DNA from: Candidatus Heimdallarchaeota archaeon
Lineage (GTDB): Archaea > Asgardarchaeota > Heimdallarchaeia > Heimdallarchaeales > Heimdallarchaeaceae
Direction: 5' to 3'
DNA length: 55,497 nucleotides
Assembly: GCA_023705985.1 (NCBI GenBank)
Contig: BPTO01000002.1
Span: forward strand, 1-55,497
Shown here piece by piece: positions 9,970 to 18,925 of the stretch. Position 1 is the first letter of the stretch, and every line of letters begins with the position of its first letter. The position numbers and the translations under genes were made by a program. The notes beneath the pieces were generated by a model, which saw only the letters and a list, made by a program, of their open reading frames with translations, was not told the origin of the DNA and searched no databases.

Positions 9970-12969
9970 ATGCAAGACTTAGTTTGTATTTACCTTAAAA
10001 CCCTCTCTCGTACTTATGATGACAATCCTCGTTCTACTATTTTAGTTGAAACTGAAGGTCAAAATGTTACTTTGAATTTGTGGTCACCTTGGGAAAATTT
10101 AGTTGATTTTCTCTCTCCCTATTCTAAATTTCGTGTTTATAAGGTAAATAAAGTTGATACAGATGATTCATTTTACTTCTCTACAGGTTCTGATTCCATT
10201 GTTATTGTTGATCCAGATGTTTTAATTAACACAACTGACATTAATAGTGTGTCTTTTTGCCCACGCAGCTATTATATTAATCAGATTGTCGGAGATCTTG
10301 CGTCTCCATATATCGCAGTAAGAGGTACAGTAATTCATAATTGTTTAGGAGCTGCTGTAGCTTTGAATTCCAAACCTTCTACAGAACTTTCTCAAGTATT
10401 GGATTCAATGTCAATACAATATGAACGATTTGGTTACACTAAAGATGATGTTTATCAAGATGTCCACAAAATGGCTGAAGCCTTAGATTCTTTTATTGAT
10501 AGAATCTCATCTCAATCTCTACCTGAAATTCTCTTTCTTTCACCCATGTTTGGTGTAAGAGGACGTATTGATATATTGGATGATAAACATATTTACGAGT
10601 TGAAAACCGCAAAAATTTCAAAGAATGATGATATTCGGTTTTCAGATCTTACACAAGTTGTAGTTTATGCTTTTGGTGTTTCGAATTCAACTGATCTCCA
10701 AGAAATCGGTCAAGGATCTGTTATTTATGTAGGTAAAAATGAAGTAGTTCAAAAATCAGCTGATTCTTCTTGGGGTATATTGCGTTTTGCTATGCGAATG
10801 CGTAATATTGCTTATGGTATCTCTTATCATGGGTATGTTCCACCAATTCTATCTGAATCACAACAAAAAAGATGTCACAAATGCTCAGTTAAACACTTCT
10901 GTGCAATGTTGTGTGCTGGTCTAGAACAGCAAAGAACTTGTTCTTCTTGCCCTCACAACCTCTTCTGTACAAAGAATGCACTTTCAAAGAATTATCAACA
11001 GTATTTCAGCAAGTATTCGAATCTACTTAGATTAGAAAAGACAGAATGGGCTAGAAATCAAGCAAATTTATGGATGTTATCTCCTGATCAACGAGTTGCT
11101 AAAGGAAAAGCAATAAGTAACTTAGTTCTTGAAAATGAAATAACTGAAGATGGAATAACTAGGTTGTTGTTTTCCTGTAAAAATGATTCAGAATTGAGAG
11201 AGGGTGATATCGTTGTCATGAGTCAAGGAAATGTTTTGGAAAATACTATAAGCACTTGTATTATATCCGGAATTTCCAATAATTCAGTTGAAATCGAAGT
11301 AAGAGGTAACCTTCCTCAGGTTACATTTATCGATATATATTCTATAGATGTAGGATTTAGAAGACAACAAAGAGGTTTATTCAATCATGTTTTCAAGAGA
11401 AATAATTTCAGCTGTTATGTTATTGATAATGAAAAACCAGAAATCACCCCAATCAAAGGTGATTATATAAAGAACAATCCGGTTCAAAATGGCGCAATAG
11501 AAAAAATTCTAGGAACTAAGGGTTATTGTTTAATTCAAGGTCCTGCTGGAACAGGAAAAACTCATGTAATAGCTAAGGCCGCAATTCTTCTAGCTAATAA
11601 GGGCGAAAAAATTTTGCTCACTGCCTTTACTAATAGAGCTGTGGATAATGTATGTAAATATCTTGTAAATAATCGATACTACAACTTTGTTAGACTGGGT
11701 TCTTCACACTCGATTCAACAAGAAATACGTGAATACACACTTCAAAAGTATCGAGAAAAAAATCCTGATAAGACTTCAAGAGAACTTCTACAGCAGATTC
11801 CTATAATTGTGGCAACAACAGCAACAATCTCTAATCCATCATTTGAACAGTTAGGGATACAAACAATAATTATAGATGAAGCTAGTCAAATGACTGAACC
11901 CACATTACTCTCTGCTATTATGGAAGGGGATAGAATGATACTTGTAGGGGACCATAAACAGCTTCCTCCTGTTGTTCAGAACCCTAAATCGCAAAAAGGT
12001 GGCCTATCTCTTTCTTTGTTTGAAAGATTAGGACAAATATCTTCCAAAACTATTCATCTATTAACGCATCAGTTTAGAATGAACGAAAAAATTGTTGAAT
12101 TTTCAAATGAAACTTTTTATGATGGTAAATTAAAATCATTTGACAATCTCGTAAAGTTGCAAAATCTGCTTGATTTGGGATCTTTTACGGGAGATTACGA
12201 AAACTTAGACAATCCACTGATATATTCTCCTAAAACCCCTTTGGTTTTTATTCAAATAACTGGGGTATATCAGCCTGATCGAAAAGTTAACCTTCAAGAA
12301 GCAAAAATTGTAGGGAAGATAACAAATCATTTCTTACAGATGGGTATTAGCATTGATCAAATTGGAGTTATAGCACCATATAGGGGACAAGTAGGTGAAA
12401 TAAGACGCTATTTACCGCCAAATGTCACAGTAGATACTGTTGATAGATTTCAAGGTAGTGATAGAGAAATAATAATTTTGTCTCTGACGGAACTAATACC
12501 TCGAAGAAGTAAGGGTTTCGGAGATTATCGTCGGTTGAATGTGTCAATTACACGTGCCAAGAAAAAGCTTGTAGTGGTTGGTAATCCATCAATCAATGAG
12601 AAGATACTTGGAGAATATGTTGATTATCTTAAAGAAAAATCAGCTGTTGTAAAAATAGATTTTGTTGAAGATATAGTAGAAAAAGAGATAGTACAAGAAA
12701 TAATAGTTGTAGCTGAAAACATTTCAAAAACAGCTAGAATCCTTAAAAAAGTGATAGTTAAAAGTAAGAAAATCACTGAAGCAAAAGGTGACCGAAATAA
12801 CTGTTTAATCTGTTTTCAACCTATATATGAAAATGCTATCGAATGCCCATTTTGTGAAAGACTTTTCCATATTGATCATCTAGTGGCATGGATAGAAGAA
12901 AGTGAACGATGTCCATACTGTAAAACAAAACTAATTTTGCACAGAATATCGAGAAGTAATAAAATTTGA
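9970..12969 (+). CDS. Dna2/Cas4-type Fe-S nuclease fused to an SF1 (Upf1/Dna2-like) helicase with a C-terminal RING/PHD-like zinc finger
   Basis: Nuclease: FCPRSYY, GRIDIL...YELKTAK, QVVVY and CHKCSVKHFC. Helicase: GPAGTGKTH, IIIDEASQ, VGDHKQLPP, HQFRM, VDRFQGSDREIIILS and LNVSITRAKKKLVVVG. Finger at nt 12802..12921: CLIC-x10-CPFC-x4-H-x2-H-x10-CPYC. Confidence 0.8.
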   Translation: MQDLVCIYLKTLSRTYDDNPRSTILVETEGQNVTLNLWSPWENLVDFLSPYSKFRVYKVNKVDTDDSFYFSTGSDSIVIVDPDVLINTTDINSVSFCPRSYYINQIVGDLASPYIAVRGTVIHNCLGAAVALNSKPSTELSQVLDSMSIQYERFGYTKDDVYQDVHKMAEALDSFIDRISSQSLPEILFLSPMFGVRGRIDILDDKHIYELKTAKISKNDDIRFSDLTQVVVYAFGVSNSTDLQEIGQGSVIYVGKNEVVQKSADSSWGILRFAMRMRNIAYGISYHGYVPPILSESQQKRCHKCSVKHFCAMLCAGLEQQRTCSSCPHNLFCTKNALSKNYQQYFSKYSNLLRLEKTEWARNQANLWMLSPDQRVAKGKAISNLVLENEITEDGITRLLFSCKNDSELREGDIVVMSQGNVLENTISTCIISGISNNSVEIEVRGNLPQVTFIDIYSIDVGFRRQQRGLFNHVFKRNNFSCYVIDNEKPEITPIKGDYIKNNPVQNGAIEKILGTKGYCLIQGPAGTGKTHVIAKAAILLANKGEKILLTAFTNRAVDNVCKYLVNNRYYNFVRLGSSHSIQQEIREYTLQKYREKNPDKTSRELLQQIPIIVATTATISNPSFEQLGIQTIIIDEASQMTEPTLLSAIMEGDRMILVGDHKQLPPVVQNPKSQKGGLSLSLFERLGQISSKTIHLLTHQFRMNEKIVEFSNETFYDGKLKSFDNLVKLQNLLDLGSFTGDYENLDNPLIYSPKTPLVFIQITGVYQPDRKVNLQEAKIVGKITNHFLQMGISIDQIGVIAPYRGQVGEIRRYLPPNVTVDTVDRFQGSDREIIILSLTELIPRRSKGFGDYRRLNVSITRAKKKLVVVGNPSINEKILGEYVDYLKEKSAVVKIDFVEDIVEKEIVQEIIVVAENISKTARILKKVIVKSKKITEAKGDRNNCLICFQPIYENAIECPFCERLFHIDHLVAWIEESERCPYCKTKLILHRISRSNKI

Positions 12970-13019
12970 AGCTATAATAAATAAAAGAAAAAAGAAAAAA
13001 AAGAAATTGAGATTTACTC

Positions 13020-14801
13020 TTATCTTCTTCTTCGGAGAGCAAGTAAAGATGCTAATCCGAGGAATGAAAGGAAGATTAATCCTGCAATTCCACCTTGTTT
13101 TGTACCTTTAGTTAGATCGTATCCAGCTTCAACCATGTATTCTCTTGCAAGATCCATGTCATAAGCATAAGGCTCTAACGTGGAATCAAAACCGAGAGAT
13201 GCGTCAGGCATTGGGCTTGAAGCAGGAGATGCTAGACCTTCAAGAATCTCGTCGCAAATTAATTGACGAGGAACAGAGTGGCTGATAGCTTTACGAATAG
13301 CTAAAGCTGCGGCAGCATCACCATTAGGTGTTAACTCTCCAGTACCAAAGACTGGGTGTTTGAGGTTAATAGCCATTTCTTGTGAACCAGGGTCAGCAAT
13401 CAAAACAGCGTCGATACCAACAACATCAGCATAGTCATCAAGAACTGGTGAGTATTGAGAGTCGACAATTTCAACTGTACCAGCAGCGAGATCAGCAATA
13501 GCTGAGTCTTTACCACTGATAAATGTGAAGATTAATTGATCTAATGAAGGAGTAGCTCCATGCCAGTATGGGTTGGGTTCAAGCACTGCTGTGCCAGTAA
13601 CTGTGTCATAATCAGCTAAAATGAATGGACCACAAGATGTAACAAGAGATGTTCCTTCTACTGTAGCTATTGGTTCCATATTGAAAAGCCCAGCTCCTTC
13701 AACAAGGTAGTATGGATCAACTACAGATTTGTCAATTATCTGAAATGAGAACAAAGATTTAGCTAAGAAGTAAGGTTGTTTCAAGTTGAATTGAATAGTA
13801 GAGTCATCAAGAACGACAATAGAATCATTAGTTTCAAAGAATTGAGTCAGATACCCATAATTTGCAGATGCTACAGCTGGCGTCATGTGTAATTGATAAG
13901 TATATTTGATGTCTTCTGCAAGAACTGGATCTCCATTGCTGAATTTAGCAAGAGGATCAATTGAAACGTTAAACTGCAAGTTATCCGCGCTTACAACTGG
14001 TACTCCATCTGCAATTACAGGTTCAAAAAGTCTTGTAGTTTGTGCTCTTGCGTATAGAGTTCCATATACACAAGCCATCCATTGAGCATCATAATATGAC
14101 GCTTGAACATAAGTGTTGTATTCTGTTAGTTCAGCTGGTAGAGCATATGTAATGACATCATCAGCATCAGTGCCAGTTTCTTCCCAGTATTCTGCTCGGA
14201 GGCTACTTGTTGCGATTAACAGTTCATCATAGCCAGTGACGTTCTCATTTATTCCAAAGAGTGATTTTGGATAGATGAGTTCAATTGCTGGGAGATCATC
14301 ATAGAGCATCTGTTGAATTGACTTAACTAGAGGAAGTCTAGCAGTTGGATCAAGTTCAGAAGTATATTGAAGGAGTAAAGCGTCATAAGCCTCATTACTG
14401 TATTGATACATGTTGTCTCCAGCTGGTGTAATACTAGCAGTGTCAAACAAACCTGTTGGATCCCAATCTAATCCCCATGACCAACCGACGAAGAGGATAT
14501 CATAACCTCCATCACCGTATGTGGGTATGTAGTCAAAATCTACACCTACAGGAAATTCCCATGTTCTCGGGTAAATGCTTCCCCATCCTGTTGATTCATG
14601 ATGGGATACTCCAATACCAATTAGTGGTAATTGGTTTTCCATTAGGATTGCCCATTGATTTCGTGCAGGATTAGTGTTTGGTGACAGTAGATTAAGATAA
14701 AATACTGGTTCTTCTACATCTTGAGCAGTTGCTGGTAGAAGCAAAACTGAAGTACTACACAAAATAACTAGGGCAATGCCGAATATTGCTTTTTTATTCA
14801 T
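13020..14801 (-). CDS. ABC transporter substrate-binding protein, family 5 (peptide/nickel type), with a C-terminal membrane anchor
   Basis: Signal peptide MNKKAIFGIALVILCSTSVLLLPATAQD and a large acidic family-5-SBP-like body. The C-terminal hydrophobic helix ends in LALRRRR. GGTGA sits 7 nt before the ATG, and GC is visibly higher than in neighbouring genes. Confidence 0.7.
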   Translation of the reverse strand: MNKKAIFGIALVILCSTSVLLLPATAQDVEEPVFYLNLLSPNTNPARNQWAILMENQLPLIGIGVSHHESTGWGSIYPRTWEFPVGVDFDYIPTYGDGGYDILFVGWSWGLDWDPTGLFDTASITPAGDNMYQYSNEAYDALLLQYTSELDPTARLPLVKSIQQMLYDDLPAIELIYPKSLFGINENVTGYDELLIATSSLRAEYWEETGTDADDVITYALPAELTEYNTYVQASYYDAQWMACVYGTLYARAQTTRLFEPVIADGVPVVSADNLQFNVSIDPLAKFSNGDPVLAEDIKYTYQLHMTPAVASANYGYLTQFFETNDSIVVLDDSTIQFNLKQPYFLAKSLFSFQIIDKSVVDPYYLVEGAGLFNMEPIATVEGTSLVTSCGPFILADYDTVTGTAVLEPNPYWHGATPSLDQLIFTFISGKDSAIADLAAGTVEIVDSQYSPVLDDYADVVGIDAVLIADPGSQEMAINLKHPVFGTGELTPNGDAAAALAIRKAISHSVPRQLICDEILEGLASPASSPMPDASLGFDSTLEPYAYDMDLAREYMVEAGYDLTKGTKQGGIAGLIFLSFLGLASLLALRRRR

Positions 14802-14891
14802 ACATTTTCACCTATTTTGTTTCTCGCTACAACTATTATAATTGTAGTAGAAACATGAATACAAAACAAATGCATATTAATAAGTGTTTTG

Positions 14892-14908
14892 GGTTAAGAA
14901 TTCGTCGT
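14892..14908. repeat. Left copy of the 17-bp direct repeat GGTTAAGAATTCGTCGT flanking the IS
   Basis: An identical 17-mer occurs at 15914..15930. Confidence 0.85.
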
Positions 14909-14914
14909 GTTAAC

Positions 14915-15574
14915 TCAACTAAGATCGGTTACACTTTTGGGCAAGATATCTTTAGGTGAGTGGTTCATAAATCTTTCACCTGGCGTTTGGAGACCTATGC
15001 CTTGGTGAGGATGGAAGAAGTTATAGAAGTCGTCCTTGTAGTTACGAAGGTCAGCGTTGCAGTACATTAATCCTAACCTCTTCATCTCCCTGACAGTTGT
15101 CCCATGCTGACGCTCTACCTTTCCACAGGTTTCAGGATGGAAGACACGACTACGAATATGCTTTACTCCTTCTTGAGCGAGGACAAGGGTGAAGGTACTT
15201 GTTCCTCCTCGCATAGAGTGGAACTGTGTACCATTATCAATTAAGACCTGACGGGGGTGACCATAGTTCTGGAAGCAGCATTTTAACCTTGTTAAGATTT
15301 CTTGCTGACTTATAGGATGGGGATAAACTCTCGATTCGAGGAGAAAGCGGGAATGGTCATTAATAATCGTCAAGAGATAGAGGTGCTGTCCCTGCTCTTT
15401 CACCCAGAAAGGTCCTTTGATGTCCAGCTGCCAGAGGTCATTAGGACGAGGTCGCTCGAACCTCTTCCGCGCTTTCTTCTTAACGGGTTTGGTTCTCCAA
15501 GACGATTCTCCAGCTTGTTGGAGGATCCTCCAGATGGTCGATGGGAGAGAACCAACCCTTTCCTCTTGAACCAC
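14915..15574 (-). CDS. Transposase catalytic (rve, DDE) portion in the -1 frame relative to the N-terminal portion
   Basis: DLWQLDIKG (D), VLIDNGTQF (D) and HPETCGKVERQ (E). The integrase-core order is typical of IS481/IS3-type enzymes. Confidence 0.8.
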   Translation of the reverse strand: MVQEERVGSLPSTIWRILQQAGESSWRTKPVKKKARKRFERPRPNDLWQLDIKGPFWVKEQGQHLYLLTIINDHSRFLLESRVYPHPISQQEILTRLKCCFQNYGHPRQVLIDNGTQFHSMRGGTSTFTLVLAQEGVKHIRSRVFHPETCGKVERQHGTTVREMKRLGLMYCNADLRNYKDDFYNFFHPHQGIGLQTPGERFMNHSPKDILPKSVTDLS

Positions 15575-15855
15575 TGCTCACTCTGCATAATATTCAAGCC
15601 ATAGGCTCTTCTTAGCCTGATAATCTTCTCTCTTATGGTAGGAGTGACCTTCCTCCTTATTCTTCTTGGTCGTCTTGATCGTTCTTCCCACCATGTCCCA
15701 TTAGGATCCTCATGATAGCGTCTGAGCCACTTATAGATAAACTGTCTCGAGACCATATAGTTCTTAGCGAGAGAGGTAATGGTTGTTCGATTCAAAGCCT
15801 TTTTAACTACTCGTTTCCTTATAAGTATCGGGTTACTAGTTGGGTTCATATTCAA
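15400..15855 (-). CDS. Transposase N-terminal HTH portion; the frame decays into low-complexity sequence after about codon 100
   Basis: TITSLAKNYMVSRQFIYKWLRRYHE is HTH-like. It overlaps the DDE frame by 175 nt, and sensible sequence continues in the -1 frame (GSLPSTIWRILQQAG). Confidence 0.7.
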   Translation of the reverse strand: MNMNPTSNPILIRKRVVKKALNRTTITSLAKNYMVSRQFIYKWLRRYHEDPNGTWWEERSRRPRRIRRKVTPTIREKIIRLRRAYGLNIMQSEQWFKRKGLVLSHRPSGGSSNKLENRLGEPNPLRRKRGRGSSDLVLMTSGSWTSKDLSG

Positions 15856-15913
15856 TCATTTACCCATGGTAACCCCTCTTATTTAAGTGTCAACAATGTG
15901 GGTTTAGTTAACA

Positions 15914-15930
15914 GGTTAAGAATTCGTCGT
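15914..15930. repeat. Right copy of the 17-bp direct repeat GGTTAAGAATTCGTCGT
   Basis: Identical to 14892..14908. One extra A (15913) separates it from the IS end. Confidence 0.85.
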
Positions 15931-16117
15931 TAAAATACCTAATTCTTTTTAATTTTATAGTTGGCCAACAACGGAAAATCTGATCGTGACTCTTATCCCT
16001 ATATATGTAAGTAGAACAAGTTATTCTACATTATAAAATTTCTAATAACTGAAAAATTCCAAAAAGAAATTATTCTTTTATATTCTATACTATGTGATCA
16101 CTCTCTCCCCCCTTATT

Positions 16118-16600
16118 TCAGCTATAACTTCGAATTATTTTTAAAATCTGAACCATTATCATAAGATACAACAATAGAAATCCACCTGCGAAATAATAGC
16201 TAAAAGAGTTAAATGTTGCATGTTTAAATGAATACGCATCAAAAGGTTTTGAACCAAGAATTCTTTCTTTCATACCACCTATAAGCGCTGATTGGCCAAT
16301 GTTTCCTAAGCATCCTCCCCAGAAGACTATTAACCCTACCTCTCCAAAAAACACCCATTGCATGAAATTCAGAAATAGAACTAAATCTTGATCAAATCCT
16401 AGCACTCCTATTAGTACCACTATAATATTTATAAGAAGAAACGCTAGTGATGTCAAGAATCCCAAAGTTAACACTCTAACCCAGTTAATCTTGATTTTCA
16501 CCTCATTTTTCTCTGAAATGTCTCCTAAATTCTTTTTTTTCACCTCTTTTTTACCCTTTTTCATTAATATTTCACCTAAGTTAACTGATAGTTGCGCCAC
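16118..16600 (-). CDS. Membrane protein, function unknown (overlaps the upstream ABC ATPase gene by 20 nt)
   Basis: Lys-rich N-terminus followed by 4 hydrophobic helices. Appears translationally coupled to 16581..17588. Confidence 0.5.
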   Translation of the reverse strand: MAQLSVNLGEILMKKGKKEVKKKNLGDISEKNEVKIKINWVRVLTLGFLTSLAFLLINIIVVLIGVLGFDQDLVLFLNFMQWVFFGEVGLIVFWGGCLGNIGQSALIGGMKERILGSKPFDAYSFKHATFNSFSYYFAGGFLLLYLMIMVQILKIIRSYS

Positions 16601-17588
16601 AGTATTTGCAGAAATCTGAATTATCTTTTGCTAATTTCCCACAAATTGTACATGTTATTACTTTTTTAACCTTATTTTCAAAGTGTTTAGATTTGTAGAT
16701 GGGGTTAAGCACAATTTTTCCATCCATTATTTGAATCTCAAAATGTTTTGGGTTATCCAATTTATCTAGTATTGATTCTGGTATTTTTATCCTCTCTTGG
16801 CGATCAATTTCAAGTAGTCGACTTTGTTCAAGTTTTCTTAGATGCAAATTACTTTCATGTTGCCCTATAATAATTCCATCTTGTATCTCCAAGACTCTAT
16901 CTGCTCTTGTTGTTACATTTTGTGAGTGAGTACATAGAAGCATCGCAATATGTAATTTCTGGTTTATTTTATCAAATAGGTCTAATATACTGTTTGCTGT
17001 TATTACATCTAAGTCTCCTGTGGGTTCATCTGCAATAATTATTTTCGGATTCGTTACAAGAGTTGCTGCAATATCTGCTCTTTTCTTCTCTCCCCCTGAT
17101 AACGTATCCTCCTTTTTGTTTCTTTTCTCCCAAATACCTAGAAATTTCAGTAAAAACTCTGAACGTTGTTTTATCACACTAGATGGAAGATTTGCATAAT
17201 ATCCCACAAGTTCAACATTCTCTTTTACTGTTAGATGGGAGACAAGTCTTGTATCTTGCGATATCAACCCTGCAAAAGAACGTCGTGCCTTTATAATTTC
17301 TTCAAATGAAGAGCGTGTAATATCTTTTAACAAATCTTTCCAAAAAACCTTTCCAGATGTTGGTTTTACATTTCCTGCAACTATGTTTACGAGTGTCGTT
17401 TTTCCTGAACCACTTGGACCTATTAAAAACAGTTTTTCTCTTTCATAAATAGTGAAAGAAACTCCTCTAAGAGCTTGGGTTTCAATTTTTCCTGTTCTAT
17501 AAATTTTTATTATATCTTCAGCTACTAAAATAGGTAAATTACTACTTTTTTCTGGCTGATATATTTCATCTGAGGTAAAATTGTTCAT
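16581..17588 (-). CDS. ABC transporter ATP-binding protein (MacB/LolD-like) with a C-terminal AbrB/SpoVT-like domain and zinc ribbon
   Basis: GPSGSGKTT, LSGGEKKR and IIIADEPTGDLD. These are followed by RIKIPESILDKLDNPKHFEIQIMDGKIVLNP (AbrB-like) and CTICGKLAKDNSDFCKYCG. Confidence 0.75.
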   Translation of the reverse strand: MNNFTSDEIYQPEKSSNLPILVAEDIIKIYRTGKIETQALRGVSFTIYEREKLFLIGPSGSGKTTLVNIVAGNVKPTSGKVFWKDLLKDITRSSFEEIIKARRSFAGLISQDTRLVSHLTVKENVELVGYYANLPSSVIKQRSEFLLKFLGIWEKRNKKEDTLSGGEKKRADIAATLVTNPKIIIADEPTGDLDVITANSILDLFDKINQKLHIAMLLCTHSQNVTTRADRVLEIQDGIIIGQHESNLHLRKLEQSRLLEIDRQERIKIPESILDKLDNPKHFEIQIMDGKIVLNPIYKSKHFENKVKKVITCTICGKLAKDNSDFCKYCGATIS

Positions 17589-17701
17589 GTCTAACTGTTT
17601 TGTATTCTTATATAGAAACTAATAAAAGTTCCTCATCAAAGAATCCCTTTACATAGCTAAATTCATGTAGAAAAATAGAAAAAGAAATGAAATAAAGCTT
17701 T

Positions 17702-18694
17702 TTACGCTTGTTCAGAAGCATCGAATTTGATGGTTTTCCTTTCATTGATGAATAGCTTAACTCTACGATAGATGAAATCTCTTCTTTGCCAATATACATC
17801 TAAGTTACCAATAATCATTAGTGTAAGGTATACTAACAGAAATGGTATCATATTAACCAGCCACATTGTAAAAGCCAGTCCAATCGGATGATATTGCCCT
17901 TCTCCACCGTATACTAAACCATATTCTATGAAATTATTGGTTTTACGTTCGACAAATAACGACCGGAGTATTCCACTGAAGCGTAAGACTATATCTCCTG
18001 TCATTAATGCCATTTGAATACCTACAATTAGTGTCGCAATAAGATTCCATATCAACATATTTTTGGCTTTAGGTAAATGTTTCCTTTTAAGAACTAGTTT
18101 AAACATTATAAAATTATAAAAGCCAGCAACAACTGTTCCAATTACTATAGGCATAAAAACTATCCATAAATACATATTTGTCCATTTTGGATGTGCAGTA
18201 TTTACATCCGATCCCCAAATATCAGTGATACTGAAGAATTTGTGTGTAGCTTCGAAATCCAACTCTTCGGTTGGGAAAAGACCATTTCTGAAAAATCCAC
18301 TTTCAGGCAGAATGAAAAGTACTATCCCTAAAACTATAGATATCATGGGTGCAAGAATCCACTTTAAGAACGGTTTAGCCGCTAAGCGCAAAGTAATATC
18401 TTGACCCCCATTTAGTCCAAAAGTAAGGAAAACGTTTAACCAATAACTAGGACCATCTACAAATGTGATTTCCTCCGCTGTTGACATTGCTGTGAAACCC
18501 ATAATCAGAATGCTTGAAACCCAAATAACTATCATCCACACTCCAAAAGGTGTATGGAGTTTATTCCAAACATATTTTAAAAATGCTATAGCCCAATCAC
18601 TCCATACCTTAACAAAGCTACGCGGTCTCATATCGGTTGAAACATTATCTATTTCTGTTGCTTCTGTTTTTTCTGCTGACATTTGACTAGCCAC
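17702..18694 (-). CDS. Polytopic membrane protein, function unknown
   Basis: About 8 hydrophobic helices. First gene of a co-directional trio with the ABC ATPase. Confidence 0.5.
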   Translation of the reverse strand: MASQMSAEKTEATEIDNVSTDMRPRSFVKVWSDWAIAFLKYVWNKLHTPFGVWMIVIWVSSILIMGFTAMSTAEEITFVDGPSYWLNVFLTFGLNGGQDITLRLAAKPFLKWILAPMISIVLGIVLFILPESGFFRNGLFPTEELDFEATHKFFSITDIWGSDVNTAHPKWTNMYLWIVFMPIVIGTVVAGFYNFIMFKLVLKRKHLPKAKNMLIWNLIATLIVGIQMALMTGDIVLRFSGILRSLFVERKTNNFIEYGLVYGGEGQYHPIGLAFTMWLVNMIPFLLVYLTLMIIGNLDVYWQRRDFIYRRVKLFINERKTIKFDASEQA

Positions 18695-18925
18695 GTTTAT
18701 GTTTTACTCAAACATTTTAAATCTTTTCCATCACTTGATTTGAGGGAGAATGTGACATAGAATTCGCGAGATTTGAAGATAATTGAATATTTCAAAAGAG
18801 GCGAATGATGATTTATTCTTCTATTTTTATCCTGATTAAGACACGTTTAAAAAAAAGCTTCAACCATAAATCTTTAAGGATTAGATATTTTTATGCTTTT
18901 TAGATTTGAGAAATAAGGTAGTGTT

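Larger units (their letters stand above)
14909..15912 (-). mobile_element. IS481-like insertion sequence (about 1 kb)
   Basis: Imperfect terminal inverted repeats both start GTTAACT (about 21 of 28 positions match between 14909.. and the reverse complement of ..15912). The interior encodes an HTH plus an rve/DDE transposase with a GKVER motif. GC is higher than in the host genes. Confidence 0.75.

Noticed and set aside
12836-13042. ORF 12836..13042 (-)
   Set aside because: It is antisense to the RING-finger-encoding end of the helicase gene and covers an A/T-rich spacer. Low complexity.
15302-15933. Plus-strand ORFs 15302..15604 and 15712..15933 within the IS
   Set aside because: They are antisense to the transposase frames, which carry the HTH and DDE motifs.
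17608-17799. ORF 17608..17799 (-)
   Set aside because: It overlaps the 3' end of the 330-aa membrane protein gene and the short spacer, and has no motif. Likely spurious.
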